From positions 124,001 to 188,000 of IMG/VR virus record IMGVR_UViG_3300042923_000601: a stretch of 64,000 nt of DNA; one strand, given 5' to 3'. The translations under genes and the position numbers were made by a program. A model generated the notes under the pieces. That model did no database searches. It worked only from the letters and a program-made list of their open reading frames with translations, and had not been told where the DNA came from. Of the stretch, positions 47,801 through 59,300 are shown piece by piece (within the stretch, counting starts at the first letter, position 1; every line of letters starts with the position of its first letter).

Positions 47801-49130
47801 CAAAGTTCGGGAATGTCATTTCTTTGAGAGCCGGGTTAACGGTATCAATAGGGAATGTAACCGGTTCGATCGTATTAGCTTCTGCACGAGCCAACACCTC
47901 ACCCAGTGTCATATCGCCCATCTTAACGTCTTTCATCTCTTGAACCAGCTTAACCTCACGGGCAAGACGTGCTCTGGACTTTGGAACGATGTTTTGCATC
48001 TCTGCTTGAATTCTTTCCAGTTCCATCTCCTTGGTCTCTACAACATCAGCCACTTCTTCAGGTGGTAGTTCAGCCTTAGAGACGTCAACATCAGCTTTAC
48101 CGATCGCGTTATCGACGATCTTACTAACGGCATCGTCCGTTGGCGTAACACCTGATGCGGTTAAATCTTCAACAACTTTATCTGCAATAGCCGTTTTGTT
48201 TATAGCGACTGTTGCATCAGCATTTTGCGCCGCTGGTTCCTGTGAGGTAGTGGCGGCATCTACCTTAGGTTCAATCTTGCGGAACTTCGTCATCAGCGTT
48301 ACGAACTCGTCCGCAGACTTTTCATTAACGGTATCCGGTTCCCACAGAAGAATCTGGTTGCCCGACATGAAGTAGAATTTCCATCCGGCGAAGTTGGTGC
48401 TGAAATAAGCATGGTCATTCGCCAGTTTATTGTAGAACAAGGAAATCCAGTTTGACGTATTCTGGAGACGATAGAGTGTACGATCACGTGGGTCGCTGAT
48501 CCAGTCATCCAGTTGGATAAGCATATGTCGATTTGGGTAATTAGCTGATACAACCTTGTCCGCAGTAAATTCTTTGAAGAGGCGGAAGTACTCATTGACG
48601 CGATTCATCGCAAGACGAGTATCCTTTTCACCAAAGAATCTTTCATTATAAGGACCGATTTCGTAGATATAGTTTTTCCGGTTGAGTGCACTCTGATTGA
48701 GGACTAACGTAAAATGTGGAAGCGTAGGCTGAACCTGCCCTTTGAAAATAGTCTGGGCTTCCATGTCGGATAACCGGTATTTGACAAGTGAATTATATAT
48801 TCTATAATTGTATACACGATCCAGTACATATGCACTGGTGTAGCGCATGAGGATATTTGGCCGGTTAAAGAACTCGACCGTTGACTGGATACTCTTTGTG
48901 ACTGCCACGTATACAGACCCATGATTAATATCCTTAGGATCAGTAGGGAGGCGAAACTGCGATGGACTTCTGTACACCTTGTTTGGAACGAGCTGTTCCA
49001 AGCCCAGCCCTGCTTCAAGTAGTATTTGGGCATTTTCTGTTAACAAATCATCGTCCACTGAATCAGGTGGGGATGGCATTTGGTACGTGCCTGCTTGAAT
49101 AGCACGAAGTTGGTCTTGTAGATTATTCAT
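44847..49130 (-). CDS. Phage RNA polymerase beta-like subunit, unsplit, with a long N-terminal extension (virion-RNAP type)
   Basis: RAFNLSKRSYH, SPISGSIGI, AESLIPF, DDPERTAMTSAQSRH, FEDSTIVS and GDKLTSFVATKA; late promoter AACA GACTAA TA at 49175-49186. Confidence 0.9.
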   Translation of the reverse strand: MNNLQDQLRAIQAGTYQMPSPPDSVDDDLLTENAQILLEAGLGLEQLVPNKVYRSPSQFRLPTDPKDINHGSVYVAVTKSIQSTVEFFNRPNILMRYTSAYVLDRVYNYRIYNSLVKYRLSDMEAQTIFKGQVQPTLPHFTLVLNQSALNRKNYIYEIGPYNERFFGEKDTRLAMNRVNEYFRLFKEFTADKVVSANYPNRHMLIQLDDWISDPRDRTLYRLQNTSNWISLFYNKLANDHAYFSTNFAGWKFYFMSGNQILLWEPDTVNEKSADEFVTLMTKFRKIEPKVDAATTSQEPAAQNADATVAINKTAIADKVVEDLTASGVTPTDDAVSKIVDNAIGKADVDVSKAELPPEEVADVVETKEMELERIQAEMQNIVPKSRARLAREVKLVQEMKDVKMGDMTLGEVLARAEANTIEPVTFPIDTVNPALKEMTFPNFDEAYLKKLYRADIAKIVSSFQYKDHPLYLIDAEIKDISDSLNSLEEHTYKFEDEAGRRHTVVVNMPKFINGRFLKVGGNKKIMSNQIIPLPITKTGPDTVQIATYQKVFIQRFGQSISPKVAVFLKSIGENRHKDVKVEVGESTRANREYIRTIEYDELATKYRRIKTPNIEIFFNQKFIRQLLADMKKPVPEATSTKLPIAIRNGKDIIYLDTESSKVEGTNMQLMDFVISEIGKTNPEFEKPFANIRPGRKYMYNRAKIMEKKVPVALLLSFLDGLLSMMKRAEINYRIIAKEDGKKALDLKSGEEEAIEFEDAWLVYPMYPLRNSLLMNGFCEIPTKIYKIQEFLGKDVYFELFENLFGRKNIGYAFENFQQLLIDPVTEEVLRDYGLPTNFIDIFLYANMLLEDNSMTDDGDMSVHRARSNEAVVAFLYKALAKAYQTYRFTANNPNPVKMSVRKDAVLVDILSNQLTKDYSDLNPIYTAELKSSTTWKGIGGMNQDRAFNLSKRSYHPSMVGVLSQASPISGSIGIARTLTLDANITSARGYIKVAQNKDEINQLSTAKMISAAESLIPFGVSSDDPERTAMTSAQSRHTLACVGSERAPLGTGYEKVLPHIIGDTFVFKAKKDGTILKIDDVSHTMILKYGDGTIDTVNLSPDMGKNAGSGFFISNKLSPILEAGASFKEGAIVACNKDFFTIDKRTGNPVTMTGPLARIAIRYSSKVFEDSTIVSTPLAGKMSSDIVVKRPLTLGRNSNIDYIVKKGQEIKVNDPLIIFDTSHDDELTNKMLAKMSDEFSGDIKEASKTPVVSKHNGVIEDIKIYYTVPKEELSESARKVIDYYEAENAKVLRRVSKETGIDAKMLDVTLTEVEQVTPDATGKVKGTRVGEGLLIEIYTKYRDVFGVGDKLTSFVATKAIACDVFKEGEEPYLLSDPNDKIDAYIGVISVGARMVLSLIKTSMINGILIGAKKNTAKMYQEIYGEEL

Positions 49131-49328
49131 TTCACTTCTCCTTTCGAGAGGAACAATCTCGGCATTTTGATGATTATTAGTCTGTTTTGGAGGTGGCTTT
49201 CTAACAGTATCTTAATATAGTCCCATAATAGTATAGTTTTTAAGTTGCATAGAAACTGTATAGTATAGACTCTGATAAAGGAGGAATTTTTAATGCGGGC
49301 ACTTATCGATATTAATAGGGGCACGATT

Positions 49329-49559
49329 ATGAGCATGCTTCGTACTGATCTGGAGGGCTTCCAGCCTAAGGCAGTCGAAGATGTTGCGAAAGACGTGCAT
49401 CATCTGGTAAGCGGCGGTGACGATTCTGGTTACCAGCAGCGTAGTTTCAAAATCGTAAATGGCTATGGTCGCAATAAAGATGGATTCATCATGCTCTTTC
49501 CGATCGAATCAAATAATACTACGAGTAACAGTAAAAAGAAGACGGCTAAGAAAAAGTAA
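49329..49559 (+). CDS. Hypothetical protein (start may be 49293)
   Basis: AGGGGG RBS before MSMLRTD; late promoter AACA GTATCT TA at 49203-49214. Confidence 0.55.
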   Translation: MSMLRTDLEGFQPKAVEDVAKDVHHLVSGGDDSGYQQRSFKIVNGYGRNKDGFIMLFPIESNNTTSNSKKKTAKKK

Positions 49560-49625
49560 TCATTGATAGTTTCCTATTTTATGGACTATCATATAACTCA
49601 CCACTATTTTAAGGAGGCAATTAAA

Positions 49626-50171
49626 ATGAGTACAGAACTTACTGTAGCACAAACCTTGGCAAAACTGAAAGAAAACAATCCTAACCCGCGTAAAATCTAC
49701 AACCGTAATGAACTGACTTCGCTGGTGCAGGCCATCCTGTCGGATGATACCTACCTGGCTAAGGTTCTGAAGGTTAAAGGCGGCGAGTTCATGACTGAAG
49801 ATCGTCAGCTGGCTGGCGCATTCAAGAAGGCTCTGGTTGATGTGGTTAAGAAACTCGGCCTGAGCACAAAAGAAGCTGAAGATGCAATCGCAGACTACAA
49901 AGTGTCCAAGGCACTGGCTGCGTCTATCATCGATGCCGTATCTTACGGCCAGCATACTTACATGAAAGAAGTAGGCAAAGGTGTTACCCTGCTGGGCGAC
50001 GGCGATGTTCAGCAAACCTTCTTCTTCAAAGAAGTTGGCGAGAAAACGCACAACATTCCGAAGGATCGCAATGGCAACGCGCCAGCGCACAGCCAGGTTA
50101 AGGTACAACCTCATGCCCGTATCGGCACAAAGGTTAAGTACAATCCGGCTCTGAAACAGCTGCTTAAATAA
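49626..50171 (+). CDS. HU/IHF-like DNA-binding protein with an N-terminal extension
   Basis: AAGGAGG RBS; C-terminal KGVTLLG...TFFFKEVGEKTHNIP...VKVQPHARIGTK resembles the HU beta-arm. Confidence 0.5.
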   Translation: MSTELTVAQTLAKLKENNPNPRKIYNRNELTSLVQAILSDDTYLAKVLKVKGGEFMTEDRQLAGAFKKALVDVVKKLGLSTKEAEDAIADYKVSKALAASIIDAVSYGQHTYMKEVGKGVTLLGDGDVQQTFFFKEVGEKTHNIPKDRNGNAPAHSQVKVQPHARIGTKVKYNPALKQLLK

Positions 50172-50205
50172 TCGGCATACCGTCTGCACGCACAGATTAG
50201 CCGAG

Positions 50206-50246
50206 AAGAGAGTACGTGGGGATAATTCCCTGCGTACTCTTTTTTT
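50206..50246 (+). terminator. Terminator
   Basis: AGAGTACGTGGG / CCCTGCGTACTCT followed by a T-run. Confidence 0.8.
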
Positions 50247-50267
50247 CGTTTTGATCGGTATTTAGAA

Positions 50268-50279
50268 AACATCAGGATA
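50268..50279 (+). promoter_or_regulatory. Late promoter AACA-N6-TA
   Basis: AACA TCAGGA TA upstream of the tape-measure gene. Confidence 0.65.
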
Positions 50280-50302
50280 ATGCATATACAGGAGGTGGAA
50301 TC

Positions 50303-53300
50303 ATGGCTAAAGAAAACACAGCGGTTAAATCATACGTGGCTAATATCACACAGTCACTACTGCATGCGGGAAAGATCGTTGTTAAGGATGCAATGCCGAC
50401 GATGAGTTCGACGGTAGACAAGAACCAGCAGCTTGTAAAGTCGGGTCTTACTTACACCCGAGAGTTTCTTTCTCACAAAGGCCCTGCCAGTGGTGGATCA
50501 AACAAACTCCTCACTAACGTGATGAAAGACGTTGATGCAATCAAGAAGAATGCATTCGAACGTTTGAAGTCTGGTAAACTGACAGACTTCGATAAGCAAA
50601 CGGATGATCTTGATGATCTGCTCAACATGGGAGGCGAATTCGCGATCGATTGGGGTGACAGTAATGGAGACCCTTTCGCTGACCCGAATGAACCTTGGCT
50701 CAATGATGATACAATGGCGTCGATTAAAGCTGTACGGTCGGCTGCCAAGATTCAGCATGATGGTGATAATATCCGAACCAAAGTAATGGTGGATTCGATT
50801 TATCAGTCTGCTGAACAGGCTGCCAACTACACGGCAAAGACAGCTACCAAGCTTCAAACGATCAAGATGAATATGGCAGCTCAAATGCATACGGAAACTG
50901 TCAAACTGATGGGTAATACAAATGCTCTCCTTCAGAACATGGTTAGTTTCAATAATAACCAAGTCGTAGAGCAGATGAACCGTCAGACGGACTTCTACCA
51001 AGCTGTCATCCTTGAACTTCAAGAGATTAAGGCGTCTGTTAAGATGCCTGAAAAGCAGCAGAGAGGACTTGAAACGTCTGCTGTGGATGAGGTATTCGGT
51101 AGCGGTGGTCTTGATCTGGCAGCCTACGCTAAGCAAATCAAAGGTAACTTCATGAATAGCTCCGTTGGTACCATGCTTGGTATGGGTAAAACGGGTGCTG
51201 ACATGATGGGCGGTAGTGTAATGGATCGCCTGAAGAACGATCCTTTTGGTGTAGTCATTAGTATGCTTGGTGCTGGACTACTCCCTAAGAGCATTGGTTC
51301 GGCGATGAAGAATCTTGACAATTCCTTCTCGGGTCTGATGTCCGCTATGGTACTTAGGCTCAATGGTATGAGAGATAATATCTCGATTCTGGGTGATCTG
51401 TCTCTCCCAAACCTGCTTGGTCTTAATATCGGTCAGAAAAAGACGTTCAATGTGGGTGGTTACCACCGGGAAGCGATGCAATATAACGGTAAAGCAGATA
51501 AAGCGCTGACTGAAGTTATCCCGACCTTACTGAGTCATATTCTCTCCACTCTGCAAGGTACTTCATCCGTTGCTCACTTCGATTACACTACCGGCCGGTT
51601 TAGAGACGGTGCGGCAATAATCAAAGAGAATAATCAACGGGTTAAGGATGCGAAACGTAGTCCTCTGCTGGATGTTAAATCCTCCATGAGACGGTCTCTG
51701 CGTGCATTACCAGGCGGTGATTCAGCAGCTATGGAGAAAGACCTGGACACATTCCTGGAGTATATCGTGGATAGTGGAAAGCTGTACAACCCACGTAAGG
51801 AAACCAGTGCACAAGAAATGAAGAATAAGGGCTTAGACCTTAGTAGTCCTGATGTGTACAACGCCTTGCGGGCGGCATTCCTTAATATGCCTAAGCATTT
51901 ACAGAACACTGCACCACGAGGGGCACTTGAGGGTCGAGGTGCTGGCGACCGTACCATGCGGACAATCGAAAATGATCTGTTTGACACCGGTCTGTCGTCT
52001 GTATATGGTGACTTAACCAAGGTTACTGGCCCGACCGTTAAAGGCCCGGGTGCAATTACACCGGTATCACTCCTGAAAGATATCAAAAATATTCTCATAG
52101 ACGGGATTATCGTCTATGGGGCAGGGAATGTGAACGATCGTAACCCGTCTTCACCTAAGCAGATTCTTAAACGTCGCACGAAGAATCGCCGGGCTAACTC
52201 CGAGGAAGCTCGTGCTGAACTGCAGGCTAGAATTCGGGAAACCGAAGCCAATGGTCCTCGTCCAGAGCTTGATGACATCACAAGAATGCCGTTTGACGAC
52301 ATGCGTACAAGAATGGCTTCGGCTAATAATCCGGGTGACGATCGTGATCGTATGAACTCCGGATTCCTTCGTCGTTTGCTTAATGAACGCAGTATGGTCA
52401 GACGCGCTGGGATGATTCGAGATAAGGTTACCAACCCATCTCAGCTTATTACTGGTATCATTGGCCGTATGGATAGCATGATCTATCGTATGATTTACGG
52501 GAAAGATGATAGTAGTGGTGGAAGTGACGACGCTGACGGCGACGGTGGGGGCGGTGGACGACGCGGTATCATCGGGCGTATCACAGATGCGCTCAGACGT
52601 GGGATGGATAAATCTATCCGGTTTATTGATGCCAAAATCTTCACGCCCATGCATGAGAAGTTCTTCGGTGAACAAGGTCTCTTCACTAAATTTATGGAAA
52701 GCTTCGATCCATTTATTGATAGAATGAAAGAGATGGGTGCTACCGGGTTTAAGAAAGTCACCAAGTTCTTAATGGGTGATAAAAACGCACAGGGATTTTA
52801 TACTGGCGGTGCCCTAGCTGACGTTGGGAACATGTTCGTTGATTTCGGTAATGCTACCCGTAACCTTTTGACCGGTGGCGGTTACACTAGATCAGACGGT
52901 ACCCAAGTTGGTGAGAACGGTCAAAGCGTGTTCTCCTACGTGAAGCAGTACTCCAAAGCCTTATTTGAGAATATCAAAGTGGGGTTGTTTGGGGAAAAGA
53001 AGGAGATCATCAAAGAGGATGGTACTGTTGTCCTCCAGCATGATGGAACCGGTCTGTTTAACGGTGTTGTAGATAGCCTTAAGAACTCTATGAGCGTTTT
53101 CACCTCGATGTTTAAAACCAAAGAGGGCGAAGACCCAAGTGATGTTCAGAAGACTGTTGATAAGTGGAAGGGTGAGCTGAAAGGTTTCCTTCCAAAAGGT
53201 ATTGCCGGTGGAACCGCTGGTATGATGGCAAGCATGTTGTTACCGGGCGGACCAATCCTCGGCGCAATGCTTGGTTCCACATTAGCGTTTGCTTCACACT

Positions 53301-56300
53301 CCAGTCAGTTCCGTGAGATGCTCTTTGGTAACGAAGAGGCCGGAAAAGACGGTATGATTCCAAAGAAATACGTGGACGGGTTCAAGAAATACTTCCCTTC
53401 CATGAGTGCTGGTGGGCTCCTTGGTATGGTTGGTAGCGTTGTACTCCCGGGCGGTCCACTACTTGGACTGATGCTGGGATCATCTATCGGCTATGCATCT
53501 AAGTCTGAACGAGTACAGGAACTCCTCTTTGGTAAAGAAGAGGATGGTAAGGTTATCAAAGAAGGTTTGCTCGGTTCGAAATTCAAGGGCAACCTCAAAA
53601 AGTTCTTCCCTAACATGGGTGCTGGCGGTATCATGGGTATGATCGGTAGTGCATTCCTCCCAGGGGGTCCACTTATTGGTCTGATGCTCGGTTCTGCTGC
53701 TGGATTTGCATCCAAGTCAGAAGCCATCAAGGAGATGCTATTCGGTAAAGAGGAAGACGGTAAGGTAACGAAAAAGGGTTTGTTCTCCCCTGCTACACAA
53801 GCGAAGCTTAAAAAGGCTCTCCCAGTGGGCGTCCTTGGTGGACTTGCAGGTGTTGTTTCCGGCACCGTCGGATTCTTATCCCCAGCAGGACCATTACTCG
53901 GTGCTATGCTCGGAGCCACACTGGCTATCGCTGGTACGGGCGACAAATTCAAAGACATGATCTTTGGTAAGTATGACCCTGAAGAAGAGAAACGTAAGGG
54001 CGGAGCACTTGGCCGCATACGTGACTTTATGAAAACTGAACTGTTCGACCCATTCCGTGAGTGGAGAAAGAAGAAAGGTCTTCAGGTACAGGACTGGTTC
54101 ATGGAATCCGTTCGTAAGCCATTTGAGGCCGCTCTTGATCCATTCAAGCAGGCTATGGGTATGATTGGAACGAAGTTCAGAGATTCATTCGTTGAACTGA
54201 AAGACAGCTTTAAGGGTGCAATCAACCGCGTGTTTGAAAAGAGCGTCGGTGCGCCTTTAGGTGAACTGGTTAAGAAATACATTACCGATCCAATGAAGGG
54301 TGTGCTTGATAAACTCTTTAACGCTATCGGTAAAGGACTCGCTGTAATTGCAACTTCTCCAATCAAGTTCATGACACGCGTTGCGAATAGTGTACTTGAA
54401 AAAGAGGAAGATGAAAAGAAAACAGACAAGTCCGATAAGAAGAAAAAGTCGTTCCGTGATCGGTTTGAAGGTGCAATGGGCAGCCTTAACGGTGCTTACA
54501 TTGGATTCCTTGACTCCATGAAACCTGCAAAGGATAAAGCAGTTAAGGATACCAAAGAGAAAGCTGCTTCTGCATCCAATCAAGTACGTAGAGTCGCTAC
54601 CAATATTAAGGGAAGTCTCCTTAATCTGATTGGTCGATTGAAGTTTGATCCTAAGACGGGCGACGTTATCGTAGACACTGAGCAAGAAGGTGCTGCACAT
54701 ACGGATCAAGGCGTTCGCGTAGATGCTAAGGCGAACTCCACTGTCCCAAATAACGCTGTATTACCACCAACAGCTCCTCAGCCAGAGAACCTTGCTACAA
54801 AAGCTATTGAGGAAGCAAAGGCGGAGTCTGACAAAAATACGGGCCTGGGCACAGGAGAAAAACCACCCCATTCTTCATCTGGTATAAACGGATTGTTCTT
54901 TGACGGTGTGGTTACCTTGTCCGGAGAACTTGATCTCAAGAAACTTGGTTCACACGTTGAGACCACAAATAAGAACGTCCAAACCATTCGTGACGAGGTT
55001 CATGGTCAACTGAACGGTGTGGGCTGGAACTTGCAGTACATTGCAAATATCTTAACCGATGTATACGGGTCACCATCAACTTCCCCTGAAGAGATGGAGA
55101 AACGTGGTAACAAACGTCGTAAAGGGTTCTTCGGTAGAATGACAGATATGCTTAGAAACCCTGTTAAGGCATTCGGTGGACTTTTGAAAGACCTGGTTAC
55201 AGCCCCATTTAAGATGGTAACATCCCTTACGAAGAGTCTCATCGGTGGGATTGTTGGTACTGTCAAGAATGTTATCGGTCCGATCCTAAGACTCCCGGCT
55301 GAAATCGTTAAGATCACTGGTAAAGTCATTGGTACGGTAGGAAGAGTGTTTGCAACCGCACTTGATATGGTTGCACCAGCCGTTAAGGGTATTCTGACCA
55401 CCATTGGCACAGCCACGACTTCAATCATGAAGGGTGCGGGTAAGCTTCTGGTTGGAGCAGCTGACGGGCTAGGAAGAATTATAGCTGGCGCGGGTAAAAC
55501 CGTAGGTTCAGCAATCGCATTAGTAGGCGACTTTGCTCGCCACACCATACCTAAACTCACCAGCGCGCTTGGTCGTTTGACTGGTGTAGTGGGCGACGTT
55601 GTTGTGGGTATTGGTAAGTTTGCTAAAGATATGGTACTTGGCAGTATTCGAGGTGTTGCGAATCTCTTTAAGAAGATTCCGACCCTGACAAAATCGGTTC
55701 AGCAAGTATACGTTGCTGGCGGTACGCTGGATACTGTTAAATCCGTAACAACCATCAAGGAGATTCATACACTGGAACGCTTGGTTAACATTGGTCCACC
55801 TCCGATTGCACCGGGTTCGATTATGAGACGAGTTGCTCGTCGACAGAGTCATGCATCCGGCCTTGACGTCGTACCATACGATAACTACCAAGCCAACCTC
55901 CACCGTGGGGAAATGGTTGTACCGGGCGAACAAGCCAACTTGCTCCGTATTGCAGCAGGTGAATCTCCAGTTCCGATCAGTACAACAAAAGGTCTTCGTG
56001 GTATCAAGAATCAACTCAGCAATAAAATTGGTCAAGCCGTTCAAAAATCTCCAGTATTGCGTAACTTTAGTAAATTTGGTCGCATGCTGAGACGCTTTAC
56101 CTCTAACTTCATTCGTCCAATGTTCCCTCGTATTGATTATCTGGCAAAACAAATCGAGCGAGTTAACACTGAGGACGGATTCAATCAGGCACACATTGGA
56201 TTACTGAATGATATCGCGGTAAGTAACATCCAGATTCTCAACGCGATTGGTGCCAAGCAAAAAGATTCCCTGTGGGATATGCTGAAGGGATTACTAACGG

Positions 56301-59300
56301 GTCTTGGTTCACTCCTTAACCCACTTAAATTCCTTAAAGGATTCCCGGGTAGCTTAATTGACCGACTCCGGTCAACATTCCCATCTCTGAACTGTCCGTG
56401 CCCAACCCCAACCGGTGGCGGTGGAGGCGGTGGGGGAGGCGGTACTCGCACTGTCATTGTAGGTGGTGCTACAAAATCTGGTTCTGGCACGAAAACAACA
56501 TCCTCTGATACTAGAGGTCGTCAGACTCCTGAACGTGGACCAAGCACCTCGCCTACAGTCAAGCCAGGTACAAAAGCACCTAGTCGTACGGTTATACCGG
56601 GTCCAGGTCGCACTACACCTACGGAGCCTACTCCGATACGCACGGTTGTGCCAGGTACTCAAGAGACAGTAACACCTGCAGGGCCTAGAATAGTGAACCC
56701 ATCACGTAATACACCTGCTGAGCCAACTCCTCTTAGACCTGCAGCATCTGCTTCTACCACATTAACAAATGCATTTAATGACATCCAAGCTAGAAAATTG
56801 ATGTTCCAGCCGCAGACTCTGCAACTTGCTGCTACTGGCACTGACGGTGCAGTAATGTACAGCCCTCTGGGGTCGAACTCACCTGTTATGTCCGCTGGTT
56901 CGAATTCAGGCAACATCGTTCAGTTCAGAGGTAGCACATCTTCAACTGGATCATCATATGCGGGTGGATCAAGTAGCACTGGTGGGCCACGTGTACCATC
57001 CAACCTTAGGGTCTTGAACCCAACTGCTACAGTATCAACCGCACCTCCTATCACTGTAGATTCAGCAGGTCGAATCATCAGAAATCCGCAAATCGTACCA
57101 TCTACTCCAGTGACCGTGTCTGGTACAGGTAAGATCAACCGGATTGCAGGTGCTACTGAACCGACTGTGACTTCATCTAATAATGTAGTGACATTCGGGT
57201 CAAAGGCAGCTAAGAGTACGACAGCACCAATTACGGTTGATGGGACAGGGCGAATTATTATCAACACAAACGCCGTGTCATCGGGTAAAGTCGTAGACTT
57301 CGCTCCACGTACAGGCGGCCCGTTTATCAATCAAAATGCCCCATTGACAGTAGATTCAGCTGGTAGAATTACCCGTACTGCCACAAACGTAGTTGAATTC
57401 AATGGTGCAAAATCGGGTACTTCAACATCATCAAGCGTCATGAAAGTTCCTAATGGCGCAGCTGCATATGCACCACTGATTGACACAGCTACTGGGTTTA
57501 GTAAGTGGCTTCCAGCAATTGGCCAGGCTGTGCAGTATGGCGATGCATTAAGACAAGTCGTTGTGGCTGAAGACAAGAATAAAGCATTCTCAGGTGCGCT
57601 AGGGACAATCTCTGGTGGTACTATGGGGGCTGAAATCGGTGCTGCCGTTGGTGGTCCATACGCTCCAGTAACAGGGGCGCTCGGCGGACTGCTAGGCATG
57701 TTTGTGGGTAAAGAGGCCATGGTTGCTATGCATGATAAAGTAACTAAGGGTGTAGACTGGCCGAAGCTTGCATTAAACGTCACCCACGGCATTCAAGATT
57801 ATATCTTCACACCTGTAACAGACACCGTATCAAATATTGGCAAGCGTCTTTCATCTCTGGGTAAAGCTATGGGTGATACATGGGATGCAATTGCCAAGGA
57901 AGGGATAACGTGGGGTACAATAAAGGATAAAATGTTTAGTGCTACCACTTTATTCACGAAGATCACCAATGGAATATCAGATGGGGCTACTAACCTCTGG
58001 AACAAGATTACCGGTAAGGAAGATAAGGAGGAGGAAACTACTCCAACTTGGAAGCCTTTAAACACACCTTCTGGTAATACGCTTACTGACGCGATTACGA
58101 ATTACATGAACGGCAGTAAGACCGAGACCAAGAAGGCTGAAACACCGGCTCCGAAATCTGTTGTCTTTAAGCCTGTCACTACAACTAAACCCCAACCTAA
58201 AATCACTGATTTCCTACTGGGTGGTAAAGGCGGCGAATCTAGTGAGGCGAAACAATACTTGCTCCCATCTTCGATCGGAAATGCATCCACTCTCAACACG
58301 TATGCGAATGGGACAGCAAGTACAATCGGTAGTCTGGCACCAGCAGCTGTAATCAACAGTGTACCTCATATTTCACAGCTGAGTACGGGTGTCAAAACCC
58401 AGAAGTTCGGTAAAACGAAAGATACACTGGGTGATTCCGGATGTGCACCTGCGGTAGCTGCGATGGCGTTGTCTGCTATTATTGGACGCCAAGTAACGAT
58501 CACAGAGATGGCAAATCTGGCGGCAAGCAAAGGATTTAAGGTTGGTTTTAACGGCACTAACCCTCTCTTCTTTAAGTATCTGGAGAAGGATTATCCAGTT
58601 CGTGTGACTAACGTCACCGGCCAATCCATGTCTAAACGAGTCCTGAAAGCACTGCAAGATGGACACCTCGTCATCTTGATGGGTGGTGGACAGGATAAAA
58701 CGGACGCCTTGACCAGAAGCACTGGGTCATCGACTCCATTTGGATCGGTTGCTCACTATGTACTGGCCACAGGCTACGATCAAACGAAGAACCGAATCAC
58801 CGTAAATGATCCATTGTCAAAATCGGGTAGTGACACTTACAACCTGACATCCACATTGGCATCTTCTACCGGCGCGTTCGTCATTCAATCACGCTCGTCT
58901 GGAATGGGAGCCTTCAGCTTGAGAGATATGGACAAATTCCTTCCTGGTTTGACCATGCCTATGCTGGGTAAAGGTGATGATACAGACGCTGGTATCCGTA
59001 GTGAATTCGGGTATGCTATCGGTAAGGGTAAGTCTGACATTACCGTAGATGACATCCGAATGATTAAAAAGCTGGGTGCAGAGTACGGCGTTAACCCGCA
59101 TTTATGGCTTGCACTGGCTGAAGTTGAAAGTGGCTGGAACTCGAAAGCAGAGAACTCCAAGTCTTCTGCTAAGGGTTGGGGTCAAGTTATTAAGGGTACT
59201 GGTAAGTGGTTGTATACTGACAAGCTTAAACTCGGCTCCTACTACGACCATGATACAATGGCTCTTGACAAAGAAACAAATGCTAGAATGTCGATGTACT

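Noticed and set aside
21938-49130. Group I introns or inteins in the RNAP genes, as in AR9
   Set aside because: All three RNAP ORFs are continuous, with expected motif spacing and no intein or homing-endonuclease signatures.
16929-49130. Host chromosome origin (rpoB/rpoC, ppk)
   Set aside because: The RNAP subunits are highly divergent, split and interleaved with virion genes; there is no ribosomal-protein operon context; phage-type promoters occur throughout.
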